This document shows positions 12,460 to 26,929 of a DNA stretch of 64,000 bases, in pieces. The stretch is from the human T2T-CHM13v2.0 reference genome, Homo sapiens, in NCBI RefSeq assembly GCF_009914755.1, contig NC_060944.1; one strand, given 5' to 3'. A model generated the notes under the pieces. That model saw only the letters and a list, made by a program, of their open reading frames with translations. It ran no database searches and had not been told where the DNA came from. The position numbers were made by a program, and so were the translations under genes. Numbering within the stretch: the stretch's first letter is position 1; each line of letters opens with the position of its first letter.

Positions 12460-15400
12460 TCAATTTTCCTCCTTCAAAATGATGTTAACTATGGATTTGT
12501 CATATATGGCCTTTATTATATTGAGTTACAATTCTTCTAAACTGACTTCATTAAGAGGTTTTATTATGAAGTGATGTTGAATTTTGTCAAATGCTTTTTC
12601 TGCATCTATGATTTAACATATTAATTTTTACATATTGAACCATGCTTGCATCCCTGGGATAAATTCCACCTGATCATGTTGAAGGATCTTTTTAAATGTG
12701 TTGTTGAATCTAGTTTGCTATTATTTTGTTGAGGATTTTTATATCTATGTTCATCAGGGATGCTGGCCTATAGTTTTCTTTTTTTGTGTCCTTATCTGGT
12801 CTTAGTAACAGGTAATGCTGGCCTTGTAGAATAGTTTGGAAATACTCCTTCCTTTTCAATATTTTAGAATAGTTTAGGAAGAACTGATATTAGTTCCTTA
12901 AATGTTTGGTGGAATTCAGAAGTGAAGCAGTCAAGTCCTGGACTTTCCTTTGATGGGAGATTTTTTAGTACTGACTCAATCTCCTTACTCATTATTGGTC
13001 TGTTCTGATTTTCTATTTCTTCATAAGTAAATCTTGGTAGGCTGTACGTGTCCAGGAAATGATCCATTTCTTCTAGGTTATCCAATTGTTCGTACTGTGC
13101 ATTGTGCAGGTAATTGTTCATAATAGTGTCTTATGATTCCTTCTGTGGTATCTAATGTTCCATTTTTCATCTCTGATTTTCTTTCATTTCTTAGTCTAAA
13201 GATTTGTCAGCTTTGTCTTTTCAAAAAAACCTCATTTGTTAATCTTTTGTATTTTCTAGTCTTTATTTTATTTCTGCTCTAACCTTTATTTTTTTTTCCT
13301 TCTACTAATTTTGGGTTGAGTTTGGTCTTTTCCTGGTTTCTTGAGGTATAGTGTTAGGTTGTTTATTTCACATCTTATTTTTTGATGTAGGCAATTGTTG
13401 TTGCATGCTTCCTTGTTACAACTGCTTTTGCTGTATCTCATAGGGTTTGGTATGTTTTTACTTTTGTTTGTCTAAAGATACTTTCTAATTTCCCTTTTAA
13501 TTTTGTTGTTGACTCCTTGGTTATTCAGGAGCATGATGTTTTATTTCCTCATATTTGAAAAGTTTCTGAAGTTCCTCCTGTTACTAATTTCTGGCTTTAT
13601 ACCTTTGTAGTCAAAGAAGATACTTGATATGATTTTTATCTTCTTAAATTTGTTAAGATTTGTTTTCTGGCCTAATATAATCTAGGAGAATGTTCCATGT
13701 GCAATTGAGAAGAATGTGTATTCTGCAGCTGCTGGATAGAATGTTCTGTAAATGTACATTATGTCTGTTTTGTCTAAAGTACACTTTAAATCCAATATTT
13801 CTCTGTTCATTTTTTGACTGGATGATCTGTCCATTGCTGAAGTAAGGTGTTGATATCACCTGCTATTATTGTGTTGCAATTTATGTCTTCATTTAGATCT
13901 AATAATATGTGCTTTATATATTTAGGTACAAATTTGTATGCATATATATTTACAATGGTAACATCCTCTTGTTGAATTGATTTCATCATTGTATAATGAC
14001 CTTTTACAGTTTTTGACTTAAACTCTAATTTATCAGATATAAGCATAGCTACTCCTGCTTTTCTTTGGGTTTCAATTTGCATGGAGTATTTTTGTCCTTC
14101 CCTTCACTTTCAGTCTGTGTGTGTCCTTAGAGGTGAAGTGAATCTCTTATAGGCAGCATACAATTAGGTCTTGTTTTTAAAAATCTATTTAGCCACTCTC
14201 TATTTTCGCTGGAGACTTTATTCATTTATATTCAAAGTTAGTATTGATGGGTAAATACTCCTGCCATTTTGTTAGTTGTTTTCTGGTTATTTTATAGATC
14301 TTTTGATCCTCTTTTCCTCTGTTGTTGTTTACCTTTGTGGTTTGATGGTTTTCTGTAGTGCAAAGCTTTGATTCTTTCCTTGTTCTCATTTGTGTATCTG
14401 CTGTAATTTTTTTGTTACCATGGGGCTTATATAAAAAATTATAAAGTTATAATACACTATTTTAAGTAGAAAACAATGTAACTCTGGTCACATACAAATA
14501 CTCTAGACTTTTACCTTACCCCACTCCCACAGTTTTTAATTATGCTGCCTTAATTTACATCTTTTTAATTTTGTATGTTTCTTAACAACTTATTGTAGCT
14601 ATAGTTATTTTTGACCATTTTGATTTTTTAATCTTCATACTAGAGATTTGAAAGATTTACCTACACCATTATCATAATGTAGATTCTGAAGTTGATTATG
14701 AATTTGCGTCTACCAGTGAGTTTTATACTTTCACATGTTTTCATGATAGTAATTATTGTCCTTTCACTTCTGGTTGAATAACTCTCTTGAGCATTTCTTG
14801 TAAAGGCAATCTAGTGGTAATGAATTTCCTCAGCTTATTCTTGCCTGGGAAAGATTGTATTTCCTCCATTTCTCAAGGATAGCTTTGCTGGATATAATAT
14901 TCTTGGTTAGTAGAGATTTTTTTCCCCCTCTCTTATCATCCCATTCTCTCCAGGCCTGACAGGTTTCTGCTGAGAAGTTTGCTCATAGACTAATGGGGAT
15001 TCCCCTATATATGACTTTGTTATTTTTATTTCCTTCTGCTTTTAGAATCTTTTCTTGTTTTCACCTTTTGGTGGTTTGATTATGATGTATCTGAGAGAGG
15101 ACTTCTTTGAGTTAAAGTTATTTGGGGATGTTTGAGTTTCATGGATCTGGATGTCCATCTCTCTGCCAACACATGGGAATTTTTCACCTGTAGTTTTGTT
15201 AAATAAGTTTTCTGTGTTTTTATCTGTCTTCTTTGAAAATTTCATAATGCAAACATTTGTTTACTTAATGGTGTCTCATAAGTCCCATAGGTTTTCTTCA
15301 TTTTTTAATCCTTTGCTCTCTCTCTTTTCCCCTCTGGATGGGTTATTTTGAGTTCAGAAGTTCATTTTGCTTGATCTAGTCTGTTGTTGAAGCTCTCAAT

Positions 15401-15974
15401 TTAAAAAAATTATTTATTGAATTCTTCAGCTACAAGATTTCTGTTTGTTCCTTTTTAAATGATGACTCTTTGTTGACTTTCTTATTCAGATCATAAATTG
15501 TTTTCCTGATTTCATTGAATTTTCTACTGTATTCTCTTGTATCTTGCTAAGGTTTCTTAAGGTCATTATTTTGAATTTCTTCTCATGCGATTCATAAAGT
15601 TTTATTTCTTTAGGGTCAGTTACTGGAGAATTATTGTGGTTTTTTTTTTGGCAGCATCATGTTTCCTTGCTTTCTTGTTTCTTGTGTCCATGCATTGGTA
15701 TCTGCACATATTGTGGTACAATCACCTCTTCTAATTTTACAGATTGGCATATTTTGGGAAAAACTTTTACCTATAGATGGGACCTAGGGTGTCAGTAGGG
15801 TAGAGTACATTGCCCTTTGTTCCAGGTGGGTGCAGTAATATAGTCTCTGTGCAGGTTTTTCAGCTGTAATCAATGTCAGCAATGCCTGTGAGTACCTCTG
15901 TTGCCTAGTCTGCAGAAGTCTGTGGCAATAGTGGTAGCAAGCTATAGTGTTAGTTTCCTCATTGGCTGCCAAAT

Positions 15975-18900
15975 ACTTTTTCTATGTACATTGAGGTAAT
16001 TGTGTGCTTTCCTTTTTTCAGTTTGTGAATTTTGGTAAATTACACTGTTGCTTTTTGAGCGATAAACTAATCTTGCCTTCCTGAAATAAAAACTCCACTT
16101 GGTCATGGTGTATCACAATTTTTATAAATTGTTGGGTTTGATTTGCTTTTTTTTTTAGAGTTTTACATCAGTGTTTTTCAGGAATATTGGTCTTTCATTT
16201 TCTTTTCTTGGAATATTTTCTAGTTTTACTTTGTCAGAGTAAATTCTGGCTTCACAGAATTATTTGTAGTCTCTCCTGTCTTAGTTTATTCATGCTGCTA
16301 TAACAAAATACCACAGACAAGGTGGTAATAAATAACACAAATTTATTTTTCCCAGTTCTGGAGGCTAGGAGTTCAAGAAGCTGGCAAGTTCAATGTCTGG
16401 TGAGAACCCATTCTTCATAGGTGGCACCATCTAGGTGTCCTTACATGACAAGAGATGGAAGGACAAAAAGATGTGAACTATTGTGAAGCCCTTTTTTAAG
16501 GGCCTTAAATCCATTCATTATGGAGGAGCCCTCAAGCCATTCATGATGGAGGAGACCTCCTGACCCTAATCACTTGCAAAAGTCCCTGTCTGTTAACACT
16601 ATTACATTGGAGATTAAGTTTCAACATGAATTTTGGAAGGGACACAAACATTCAAACCATAAAAACTTCCTTTCACTTTTTTGAAATAATTTACATAAAA
16701 TTAGTATTATTCTCTAAATGTTTTGTAGAACTCATCAGTGCATGTGTCTGAGACTGCAGTGTGTATGTGCATGAAGATTTTTAATTAGAAATTCTATTTT
16801 TAATAAATATAGGTCCATTCTGGTTACATATTTCTTCTTAAGTGAGGTTTGGTAGTTTGTGTTTTTTCAAGGAAGTTGTTCATTTTATATCAATTGTCAA
16901 ATTTATTAGCATGAAGTGATTCACTATATTTTTTATATCTTCTTAACATCTGTAGAATTAGATGATGTCAGTGTCACCTCTCCAGTTTCTGATATAGGTA
17001 ATTTGTGTGTTCCCTTACTATCTCTTTTTCCTTCTTCTTCCTGATGAATTATTTTCTTTATTATTTTTTAAATTTCATTGGTTTCTGCTTTGATCCTTAT
17101 TATCTTTTTCTTCTACTCCTGTGGTTTATTTTGTTCTTCTTTGTCTAGGTTCCTAAGATGGAACCTGATATCATCGATTTGAGACCTTTCTTCTTTTTTA
17201 ATATTGGCATTTAATGTTATAAATTTCCCTGTTACCATTATTTTGATATATTGTATTTTCATTTGTTTCAAAACACTTTCAAATTTCCCTTTTGATTTCT
17301 TATTGGAGCCATGAATTATTCAGGAATTTAATTTAGTTTCCAAATATGTGGGTTTTTTTAGAGGTATTTTTTTTTGTTATTGATTGCCAATTTATTTCCA
17401 CTCTGGTCAGAGAACATACTTGGTATGACTGAGTCCTTTGGCATTTATTGAAGCTTATTTCTGGTCCAGAATATGTCCAATCTTGGTAAATGTTTTGTGT
17501 GTACTTGAAAAGAATGCGTGCTCTTCTGTTGTTTGGTATAGTGCTTTATAAGTGTTAGATCAAATTGGTCGATAATGTCATTCATGTCTTCAGTAGCCTT
17601 ACAAGTTTTCTATTTATTCTATGAATTATTTAGAGAGGGGTTTTGAAATCTCCAAGAAATGATGTGTGGATTTCTTTATTTCTTTCCTCAATTCTGTCAC
17701 TTTTTGCTTTAGGTATTTTAAAGCTCACATAGGTTTGTCAATATTTAGTATCATTGTGCTCTCCTGATGAAGGTATCTCTTTACCATTATAAGATGACCC
17801 TTTTCAAAGAACCTGATGAGGTTTCTTGCTCTGAATTCTACCTTGCTTGACATTAATGTGCCCATTTCAGCTCTGTTTGATTAGTGTCAGAATGGTACAT
17901 CTTTTTTAAGATTTTATTTTTAATCTATTTGTAACTTTATATATAGTTTTGTTGTTCTTTATAGGTTCTTTATATATAAGACTTGTTGGCAGCACATAGT
18001 TTTGTCTCATGTTTTAATCCATTCTGAAAATTTTTGCCATTAATTAGGGTATTCTGACCATTTGCACTTAATGATTATTTTATTAGGTTTAACTCTACCG
18101 TCTGGCAATTTATTTTCTATTTGTTCCATCTAGTTTTTTCCATCTTTTCTATCTTTCTGCTTTCTTTTGGATTGAGTGATTCTTTTATTCCACTTTATCT
18201 CCTCTGTTGGCTTATTAGCTATATACCTCTTTGACTATTTCCATAGTTATAATGGTTGCTTTAGTGGTTATAGCATACCTCTCTTATCTTATCACTGCCT
18301 ACCTCAAGCAATAGTATGCTAATTCACTTTTAGTCTCATGACCTCACCAGAGTATACTTCTGTTCTCCTTTCCCAACATTTGTTCTATTGTTGTTGTCCA
18401 TTCCACTCATGTTATAAACCTCATACTACTTTATTTTTAGTATCAAAGTCAGTTTTCTTTTAAAGATAAATAATAAGAAAACAATTATATATTTACACTT
18501 GTGGTTACCATTTCTATTACTCTTCTTTCCTTGGTATAGATTCAGGTTTCTATTGGCTATCATCTTCCTTTTGCCTAAAGGATTTCCTTTGTCATTTCTT
18601 ATAATGCAGGTCTGCTGGTGATGAAATCTTCCAGCTTTTTTATGTCCAAGAAGGTACTTATTTTGTCTTTATTTTGAAAGATAGTTTTTCCAAGTATGGA
18701 ATTCCGAGTTGTCTGGGGTTTTTTTTCTTTCATTACTTTGTAATTGTTGCTCCACTGTCTTGTCATCCACATTGTTTCTCTTGAGACATCTGCTGTCATT
18801 CTCTTTGTTACTCTATACAGTGAATACAGAGAATGTCTTTTTATTTCTGTACACTTTTAATATTTTCTCATGGTTATAGATTTTGATTACCATGGCCCAG

Positions 18901-19700
18901 ACACAGTTTTCTTTATGTTTCATGCATAAAGTTCACTGAGCCTTTTCCTGCTTCTTTGCAGGCATGGTAATTTTTTATTGGATGACACATGTGAATTTTA
19001 CCTTCTTGGGTGTTGGATGTTTTTTGTATTCCTATAAATACTCTTGAGTTTTGTTCTGGGAAGCAGTTAAGTTACTTGAAAATAGTCTAATTCATGCCAG
19101 GTTTTGCTTTAACATTTGTTAGATAGAACCAGAGCAGTGCTCAGTTATTGAGTTAGCTCAACAGCTAACTCCCATTCCAGAGGCAGAACCCCGTGTACTC
19201 TATTCAATGTCTGTACAACATGAAGTTTTCTGTCTGGCTGATGGGAACCGGCCCTCCGTCTAGTGCCATGTGTGCACCGGGCACTGCTATCTCATCATTT
19301 CAGAGGATTCTTTCCTCAGAGTCACATATTAATCCACTGAGGGTTCAAGGGACCCTCTGCAGATCTTTGGATCTTCTTACTATGCAACTCTCTCCTCTCC
19401 AGGTCTCTTTCACGCTAACTCTGGCTGCCCTGATCCCCTTGGCCTCTCAGGTTCATATTCTCAACTCTGGGAGTTTTCCAGGCTCTTCCTGGATTCCCCC
19501 TCCCTGGATTGTGGCCTGGCAACTCTCTAGAGGCAGTAGCTGGCCAGTCATGGGCCTACTCCATTTGATTCTCATTTTTCAAGAATCACTGTCTTCTGTT
19601 GCTGATTTCTAGCACGTTGAAAACTACGGTTTTATACATTTTGACTTTGTGTTTGAGGTTTGAGTGAGGAAGACAATTCAGTCCATGTTTGTCCACCTTG
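15975..19700 (-). mobile_element. Second, older degraded L1M element
   Basis: AT-rich L1 ORF2 remnants; ORF1 C-terminal-like 18599..18799 (MTADVSRETM…QW…FITSRPAL). Confidence 0.75.
16277..16663 (-). mobile_element. MST/MLT1A-type MaLR LTR nested in L1
   Basis: tgtcttagtt…gctgctataacaaaataccacagac…tttcaacatgaattttggaagggacacaaacattcaaaccata; has a small internal tandem duplication (ccattcat[t/g]atggaggag). Confidence 0.85.
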
Positions 19701-20379
19701 GTCAGAAGCAGAAGTTAATGTCATAGCTTTTTACTTTGAAGACTCAGACAAGTTTTCACAACACATTCCTTCTAGAGAATAAAGTTAGGCTCTGCTATTG
19801 GGTGTCCCCAGATGGGAACCCCACTTATTTTTAGGCTTCAGCTCAGACGCTACTTCCTTCAGAAGTCCCTTTCTGGCACACTACCTTCCTCATGTGGCTT
19901 ATTTGTTCCTCTTGCACCAGATCACTCCGCAGCTTTTGAGTTTGTATATGGCAACAATGAACAAGGTATAATCCTCGCTGTAGATAAACTCATCATATTT
20001 GTTTTTCTCCATGGAGTGAAAATGTTTTAAGCTCATATAATGACTATGGTCAGGGAAAAAGCCACACAAATAATTAGGATATGTTGTGACAGTGCACAAA
20101 TAGAAACACACATAATGTGCTTGAGAACATGATAAATGCCGGTTTTACCTTTCCTTCCCTCACCTGACCAAGCTTAGCGAGACGTGTGGCATCTTCCTCA
20201 TCTTTGCTCTTCAGTGCCAGGTATGGAATAGGTCCATTATGGACAGGTGCCTTATTGAACTGAGCAGAGCCACGAATGTCAGGCTGGGAGTGTGGTCGCT
20301 GGAGTCAGGCCTTGGTTTACATCCTGGTTCTGCTTCTTAACCACTCTGTGCTTCGACAGGAGAGCAGGAGGTCCTACTT

Positions 20380-20900
20380 AGTTTTGGACGTGCTAAGTTT
20401 GGGATGCCTGCTAGAGATCTGGGGGAAGCATGGTGAAGAAAGCTGAATGTGCAAGCCTGGAGTTCAGGAGGGAGGTGGTGTCTGGAGATGGAAATCTCGA
20501 GCCAGTAGCAGTTGGTTCTTAGTGTCATGGGACACAGGAGGTCATATAGGAAGCAAATGTGGACAGAGAGTGAAGGGGTTTGAGGATTGGGTCCTGGGCA
20601 CATCCACCTCTGGAGGTAGGGGAGATGATGAAGAGCCAGCAAAGTAAACTGAGACATAATCATTGAGGCAGGAGGATAGCAGGCTAGGGCAGAGACCTGC
20701 AAGGAGAGAGAAGAGAGCCTTTCACAAAGAAGGGAGTGACCGATGGTGTCCATGCTTCTGTGTGCTTGAGTACAGAGTCTGGGATTCTCCTGAGCATCCT
20801 TTGCTCCACTGGGATGGAAGATGGGACCTGATGAGACCGGGGCTAGGGGAATGTCCTGAGCCCCACACGTTTGTGTCTGTGTGCAGGGAGCGTGGAAGGC
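20380..20900 (-). mobile_element. L2 fragment
   Basis: gttttggacgtgctaagtttgggatgcct…ctggagttcaggag…ctggagatggaaat pattern typical of L2. Confidence 0.65.
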
Positions 20901-23900
20901 AGTTCCTGCTTGGTGAGGTGGAGCTGAGAGCGGTGCCACTTAGCAGCTATCTGTGCCACTCTGGTATCCGGAGAGAAGGAGCCGGCATTTGCCCATCCTT
21001 CCTCCTAAGCCCTGTCAGTTGTGATTGGAACGATGCCCCCGCCCACCACATTTGCTGGAGTTGGACTAGAGCTGGTAATATCAGGGTTTTACTTTTTAGT
21101 TTAATTTCTTGCACAATGCATGGATGTTTATTGAGTTTTGCCAATAAAGAGTTCCATAGGGTATTACTGAGCAGGACTGGTCTGAAGATAAATGAAAGTT
21201 GTGTACTTGGAAAGACAATGCTGTATTATTTTCAAACCCCCTTGAGAAAAAGGCCTTTTGCACTGGGTGAGCTCTGGATCAGGTCCAATACAGACAGCCT
21301 TGCAAAAGTGGTGTTTCAGGGAACACAAGATGGGTCAAATGATGACAGTTTGGGGGGAATGAGTCTTTGAAGAGCTCTAGCCCTGTTCTTTTCCCTCGGT
21401 GGCTGCCAGGCAGCTGGTCTTCACTACAAATGCAGACTGTCACATGTCAAGACTACTGCAGAGTTGAAGAATGGGGCACAGGACTGGAAAAGGTGAAACA
21501 TTCTTCTCAAAATTCCACCAATTTTTCTGGAATAAACATTCCTTGTTTTGCTGTAAACATGTGGTTAATTTCAAGAATTGTGAAAAAATTGACTGCAATC
21601 TTTTTTTGCCAGTTTTCTCTTTGCTTTTACAAAGGAGAGATTTTTTTTTTGTCATTTTCTGTGATGTTACCTAACAATGTTCTTTCTAAGCAATGACTTC
21701 TTTTTTTATAAGGAAACTATATAAAAAATAAAATACAGTAACCAAAATTAAGTAAAATGATCAATTCTTGGCTTTTATTTGCCAATTTATTTTAATATAT
21801 ATTTACAAAATTGGACACATACACATATATATTTTGGCATATAATATGCATACTTTCTGTCATTTGCTTTCCTTAGCAATATATAGTGACTATCTTTTGT
21901 CATTCCGTAACATATACGCCACCATTTTTAATAGGTACACAATATTCAGATGGAACAGATGCATCGTAATTTAACAGGCATCCTCTGACTGGATGTTTAC
22001 GTTGTGTTCAATTTCTTACTTTTATGAAAAAGTCCGGGATGAACATCCTTTCATGTACTTTTTATGTGTTTGTCCCAATCATTTTAGGAGACAGACTCCT
22101 AGAAGTGGGATTTCCAGATCAAAGGTTAGGATGAGAAAGTAAGCGTGTTTGGGGGCATTTGGGGAGGGTGATGTCTGTCACACAATCTAGACTGAAAGCT
22201 CTCCGTCCGTCCCTGCACCTGTTTCTCAGCTTCTACCTCCTGCTCAGTGCTAGGCAGCCTGCTCTGGGAAGGCATGCTCATTTAGATTAATTCAATCAGT
22301 GGGTAGAAGGGTCACTCAAATCCATGAAAAGTCCTCATTTTAAGCTATGTCTTTTGGAAATTTCCTCTTTTGGCTTTTAAGTAGCAAAACCTGGTAACCT
22401 TCTGATACCTTGGTGAAGATCAGTCAGATCTATAAGTTTTTGTTGTGGTCCTACTGTGTATCCTTGCTGTGTTCATAGAGGCCGGATTAATAAGTAAATG
22501 AGAATGACTTGCTCCTAGCACAGATTTCACACAGAGTGAGTTTTCATTTATGTCTAGAAATCTGCAAAGAAGGGAACTTTTTCTCGGTTAAGAGCAAATA
22601 CGATTGAAAGTATGTGATGATAAGCCTGAGACATTTGCAATGGGCTTAAGGACTTGGTTCATCAAAAGCTGAAAAGATTAAACCACGTTCAGTATAGTTT
22701 TATGTTTAAGCATACCATAGTTCTCTGAAAATGGCAGTTCCTTTTCCTGTATTAGTCCCTTAGCATTATGAAGGAATCTGTCCCGAGACCTTTGAGACTT
22801 CCTGCATTCATGAATGTCACCGTCGCATTCAGTCTCTCTCATAACATGCAGTAAAGGCCAACTGAAAAATGCCTGCAACTCCTCCAGGCTCCTGAGGAGA
22901 CTATAAATACAAGACTGCAGTCATTTATAAAGCTATTAAAACAAAGTGGGGCCTGAGCCCTTGCTGAAATGATTTTCAGAGTTGTTTTCTCTCTAAAACA
23001 CATGGCAAACAATCGCATGTTAGAAATTCAAGACTTGGCTGAGTTCCACTTTTTGTATCTTACTTTATCCCAAACTTCTGTGAAACGACCATGTTGTTCA
23101 ACTGACTTTCTTGCTTTCTATTCCCGCCTCCACACTAGGAGTTGACTTCCTTTTAGGTACCATGTTTCTTAAGAAATAAAACCTGCCTTCATCTATGGAA
23201 GTGATCATATTGGATAACAACTTGAGCCCCCAGGAATTAAATCCCGGCCCAAAAAAACTGCAAAACCACAGACTGCAAAACTGCAACCTACATCGCATGT
23301 AGATACTCTGGAGTTACTTGCAGGCAGCAGCATCTGCAGTGGCAGGGCAGGTGGGGACTGTGCTGTTCGGAAAGCTGAATTAACTAGCACCCACATTTCC
23401 TAGTGCACTAAGGAATGACACTCTGCCTGCGAAAGAGCTAAACCCCATCTCTGCTCCTAAGTAAATATAAACATTCCATTCCCTAATACCTTCCTCTCAT
23501 GCTGTTAACTTCACTCAGCTGATTCCAGACACACATAGAACACAAGGGCTGGCCTAGCAGACCTGGAGTCAGCCCACCGTTAAGTTCACGCAACAGTATT
23601 CACCAATGATCTGCCATCTCCACACCCTGCTAGGACATGGGCGGGTGGGGGAAAGGCTGTCACTTAAAGTCTCTGCAGGAGACAGATGGTAAACAAACTG
23701 AAAAGATATCAGTTGGTTGGGGGGAATTAAGATACGTGGAGTGGTGGTGATTGAAGGCTCAGAGGGTTTCTGAGGACCTGGGTCCAACCCTGGATGGTCC
23801 TGGCAAGGCTGTGCGGTAGGCAGAGGAAGGAGATGACATGGAGACCCTAGTGTGGGATATCTAGAAACTGAAGGAAGAGCCATGTGGCTGGGGGGACAGT

Positions 23901-24311
23901 GGGCAGGGAGAAAGTGCAGGGACCATGTGGAGCTGGGTGGGGGCAGTGGCCACCATGGGGAAAGTCACTGTGTCATTTTTGGTCCAAACTCAGACGTTTT
24001 TGAAAGAAAAATGTAGGTGCTATTAGTAATCATCTGGGACAGCAGGTGTCAGCCGGGACTATACCTGGAAACCCATGAGTAGGGGGCTTAGCGGACAGAG
24101 ATGGTGACATCACCTTACCCCTGTGTTGCCCACTGTTCCACTGGAAAGTGCCGCAAGCTGGCGAGCGTGTGTCCTCTCAGTTCTAGCCACCATCACCCTG
24201 GTCTGGAGTCCTTCCTCTGGCAGGTGGGCGGCTCCATTGACAAGCCAGCCCTCCGCTAAGACCTGTCTCCTTTGTTCCCTTCTCTCCTCTTGCCCTGGAT
24301 GGGGCTTTTAG

Positions 24312-24465
24312 GAACACTGCCACGGAAATGCAAGAAGGAGCTCCTGGCCGTGAAGCTAAGGAACCGGCCAAGCAAACAGGAACTAGAAGACCGGAACATT
24401 TTCCCCAGAAGGACTGATGAAGAAAGACAGGAGATCCGGCAGCAGATCGAGATGAAGCTTTCCAA
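24312..24465 (+). CDS. PHACTR3: PHACTR3 internal coding exon (probably exon 8): first C-terminal RPEL motif and spacer, (G)[50 protein letters not shown](K)
   Basis: Acceptor ttttag|GA at 24310-24311; donor AA|gtaagt at 24466; 154 nt, phase 1 to phase 2. The RPxxxEL motif (RPSKQEL) and the peptide match my recollection of PHACTR3/scapinin. It joins the next exon in frame (AA+A=Lys). Exon number is from recall. Confidence 0.97.
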
Positions 24466-24584
24466 GTAAGTGGCAGCTTGCGGGCACAGCCGGGCCTGTG
24501 CTCTGGCCTTGCAGGCGGAGCCCCTCTGAGATCCCACATCCTGGGTGTGCCAGGCCGGGACGCACAACCCACCGTCTGCAGCAG

Positions 24585-24770
24585 GTCTCTTGACCCCGCC
24601 ACCGTTGACGTTTGGGGCCGTGTGGGGGCCCTTTCCTGTGGGGGCTGTCCCGTGCATGCTCAGATGTTTAGCGGCATTCTCGGCCTCTACACACTACACC
24701 TCCCGTGACAATCAAAACTGTCCCTGGACATCATCAAATGCCTCCTGGAGGGTGAATTGCTCCACTGGCC
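24585..24770 (-). mobile_element. MER20 (hAT-Charlie MITE)
   Basis: ttgacgtttgggg…ggggctgtcccgtgcat…atgtttagcggcat…gtgacaatcaaaa pattern. Confidence 0.75.
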
Positions 24771-24953
24771 TGTAGCAGCCAGGCAAGGACTGGGCCAAAC
24801 TGATGAGGACATGGCTTGTCAGTGTTAGAGACAGGGGCAGTCTCTGTTCACCTCTATCTGATCATTTTCCTGCAAGAAGGTGGATCCAGTGTTGCCAGAT
24901 CTTCTAAATTTGTCAAGTAAAGCTACCCCCCCACCCACATACACACAGTTATG

Positions 24954-26104
24954 CAGTCACGTGTCACTTAATGACAGGATACATTCTGAGAAATGCGTCA
25001 TTAGGAGATTTTGTTGTTGTGGGAACATCACAGAGCGCACTACACAAACCCAGAGGGCGCGGTCTGCAGCACGCCTGGCTCCACGCTGTAGCTGATGGCT
25101 CCGAGGCTACAAACCCGTACAGCACATGACTCTACCATATACTGTAGGCAATTCTAGCACGTTATGGTATAGAAACATTTCTCAACATAGAAAAGGTACA
25201 GTAAAAATATGACATACAAAATACAAAATGTCACCTCTGTATAGAGCACTTACCATGAATGGAGCTTGCAGGCCTGGAAGTTGCTCTGGGTGAGTCCCGA
25301 GTGAGCAGTGAGTGAACGGGAAGGCTAGCACGCGACCGTGCACCTCCGCAGACTTCAGAATCACTGCACACTTAGGCTACGCTAAATTTACATAAACTTT
25401 TTTTTTCTTTAATAGTAACTTTTTACTGGATAAACTTTAACTTTCGGACTCTTATAATAACACTTAGCACAAAACACAAATTATACAGCTGTATAAAAGT
25501 AATTTCTCTTTACCCTTATTCTACAAGCTTTTTATATTTTTCAATTTTTTAACTTTTTAAATGTTTTATTAAAAATTAAAACACAAATGCCGCATTAGCC
25601 TAGGCCTGCACAGGGTCAGAACCATCAATCACTGTCATCTTCCTCCTCCACAGCTTGTCCCACTGGAAGATCTTCAGGGGCAGTAACATGCGTAGAGCTG
25701 TCATCTCCTATGAGAACAGTGCCTTCTGGATTCCTTCTGAGGGACCTGCTGGAGGCTGCTTTACAGTTAACTTTTTTTTAATAAGTAGGAGTACACTCTA
25801 AAATAATCATTAAAATTATAGTGACTACATACAGCAGTAACATAGTCCTTTCATATCATGATCACGTGTGATGTACTGCACGGTTACACGCACTAGACTT
25901 TGAGAGGCCTTGGCAGCACAGTAGGTTTTTTCACACCAGCATCGCCACACACGTTAGGAACGCCTTACACCACGATGTCATATGACAGCAACAATGTCAC
26001 GAGGCATAAGGAATTTTACAGCTCCATTTTCATCTTCTGGGACAACTATCTTATATGTGTCGTATATGTCGTGTATCATTGAAATGTCATGAGGTGCATG
26101 TCTG
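24954..26104. mobile_element. Tigger3/MER7-family (TcMar-Tigger) non-autonomous DNA transposon, about 1.15 kb
   Basis: Begins cagtcacgtgtcacttaatgacaggatacattctgagaaatgcgtcattagg, ends …gtgcatgtctg (TIR-like); internal catagaaaaggtacagtaaaaata. Confidence 0.85.
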
Positions 26105-26929
26105 TGCATATATACACATACAGGTATATCCACATACGCATCATTTTCTGGACAATATGTGCACCAAGTCCACCCATCTGCCGTCTGGCTGTGACCCAGA
26201 GCCACGGGTGGGCACCTTCTGTGTTGCACCCCCATAAGTTTCCCTGGGTGGTCCCTGCTGTCTGCTGGGCTGGAGTTGGACTGTCTCATGGGGCAGGACA
26301 GAGTGGAGCTGCTGCGTCTTGCTGGTTGAGGTCTGAAGGGATCCAGTCATGCCCCTGAGACAGAATGGGGGCCTTCTTTTGGAAGGCAAGGCTACCATGA
26401 GCCGGGTGGAGCTGACTTGTGTGGCTTTCCAGGATCGGGCACCTCCCTAGTTGCTTTCCACATTCCAGAGCCACTGGAGTTCAGAACCCCTCGGAGCTTG
26501 CTGCGTACCCCAGTTTGCGCCCACGGACACTGCCCAAAGGTGCCAAGAGCCACTGAGCAGGCATCGGTGGGCTTTCAGAGGAAAGTCATGCCATTCTGGC
26601 AGGGTGGGCCTCTGTTTCCCCTTTCACCAGGCCAGATGGCAGGCTAACGTGTCTCGTGTGCGGTAGGAGAGGAAATTCTGATAAAGCTCAGGTGCACCGT
26701 CCCAGGAGCCACAGTCCACATCTCCTGCCCACCCTGTGAGGTGTGAGTCAGTCTGTGTAGGGCTGGGCTTGGTAGACAGTGCCCTGGACAGCCCCTAGTC
26801 CGCTCCTTCCCTCTTTAAACCTCAAAAGCCAACCCTTCCCTGGAGGGAGAGACAGTGCCCCAGGGGTGAGGGGAACCAGCTCCCGGAGCGCCAGTGCCTC
26901 TGTTGGTTTGCTCTGCACCCTTGCTGTCC

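Noticed and set aside
12864-14082. Reverse-transcriptase/endonuclease-like ORF fragments
   Set aside because: Dead L1 ORF2 remnants with many stops and frameshifts; not an active or domesticated gene.
20337-21370. Longest ORFs in the window (200 aa and 235 aa)
   Set aside because: No recognisable domain, they overlap an L2 remnant, at least the 235-aa ORF starts at a non-ATG codon, and there is no phase-compatible splice structure. Consistent with chance ORFs.
24272-24311. N-terminal extension '[13 protein letters not shown]' of the RPEL1 exon ORF
   Set aside because: It starts at TTG inside the pyrimidine tract. The internal ATG (24299) lacks a purine at -3 and has no promoter evidence, unlike 54758.
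26775-26795. RE1-like site GACAGTGCCCTGGACAGCCCC with canonical spacing
   Set aside because: The left half mismatches at core positions (CAGTG versus CAGCA); too weak to call without ChIP data.
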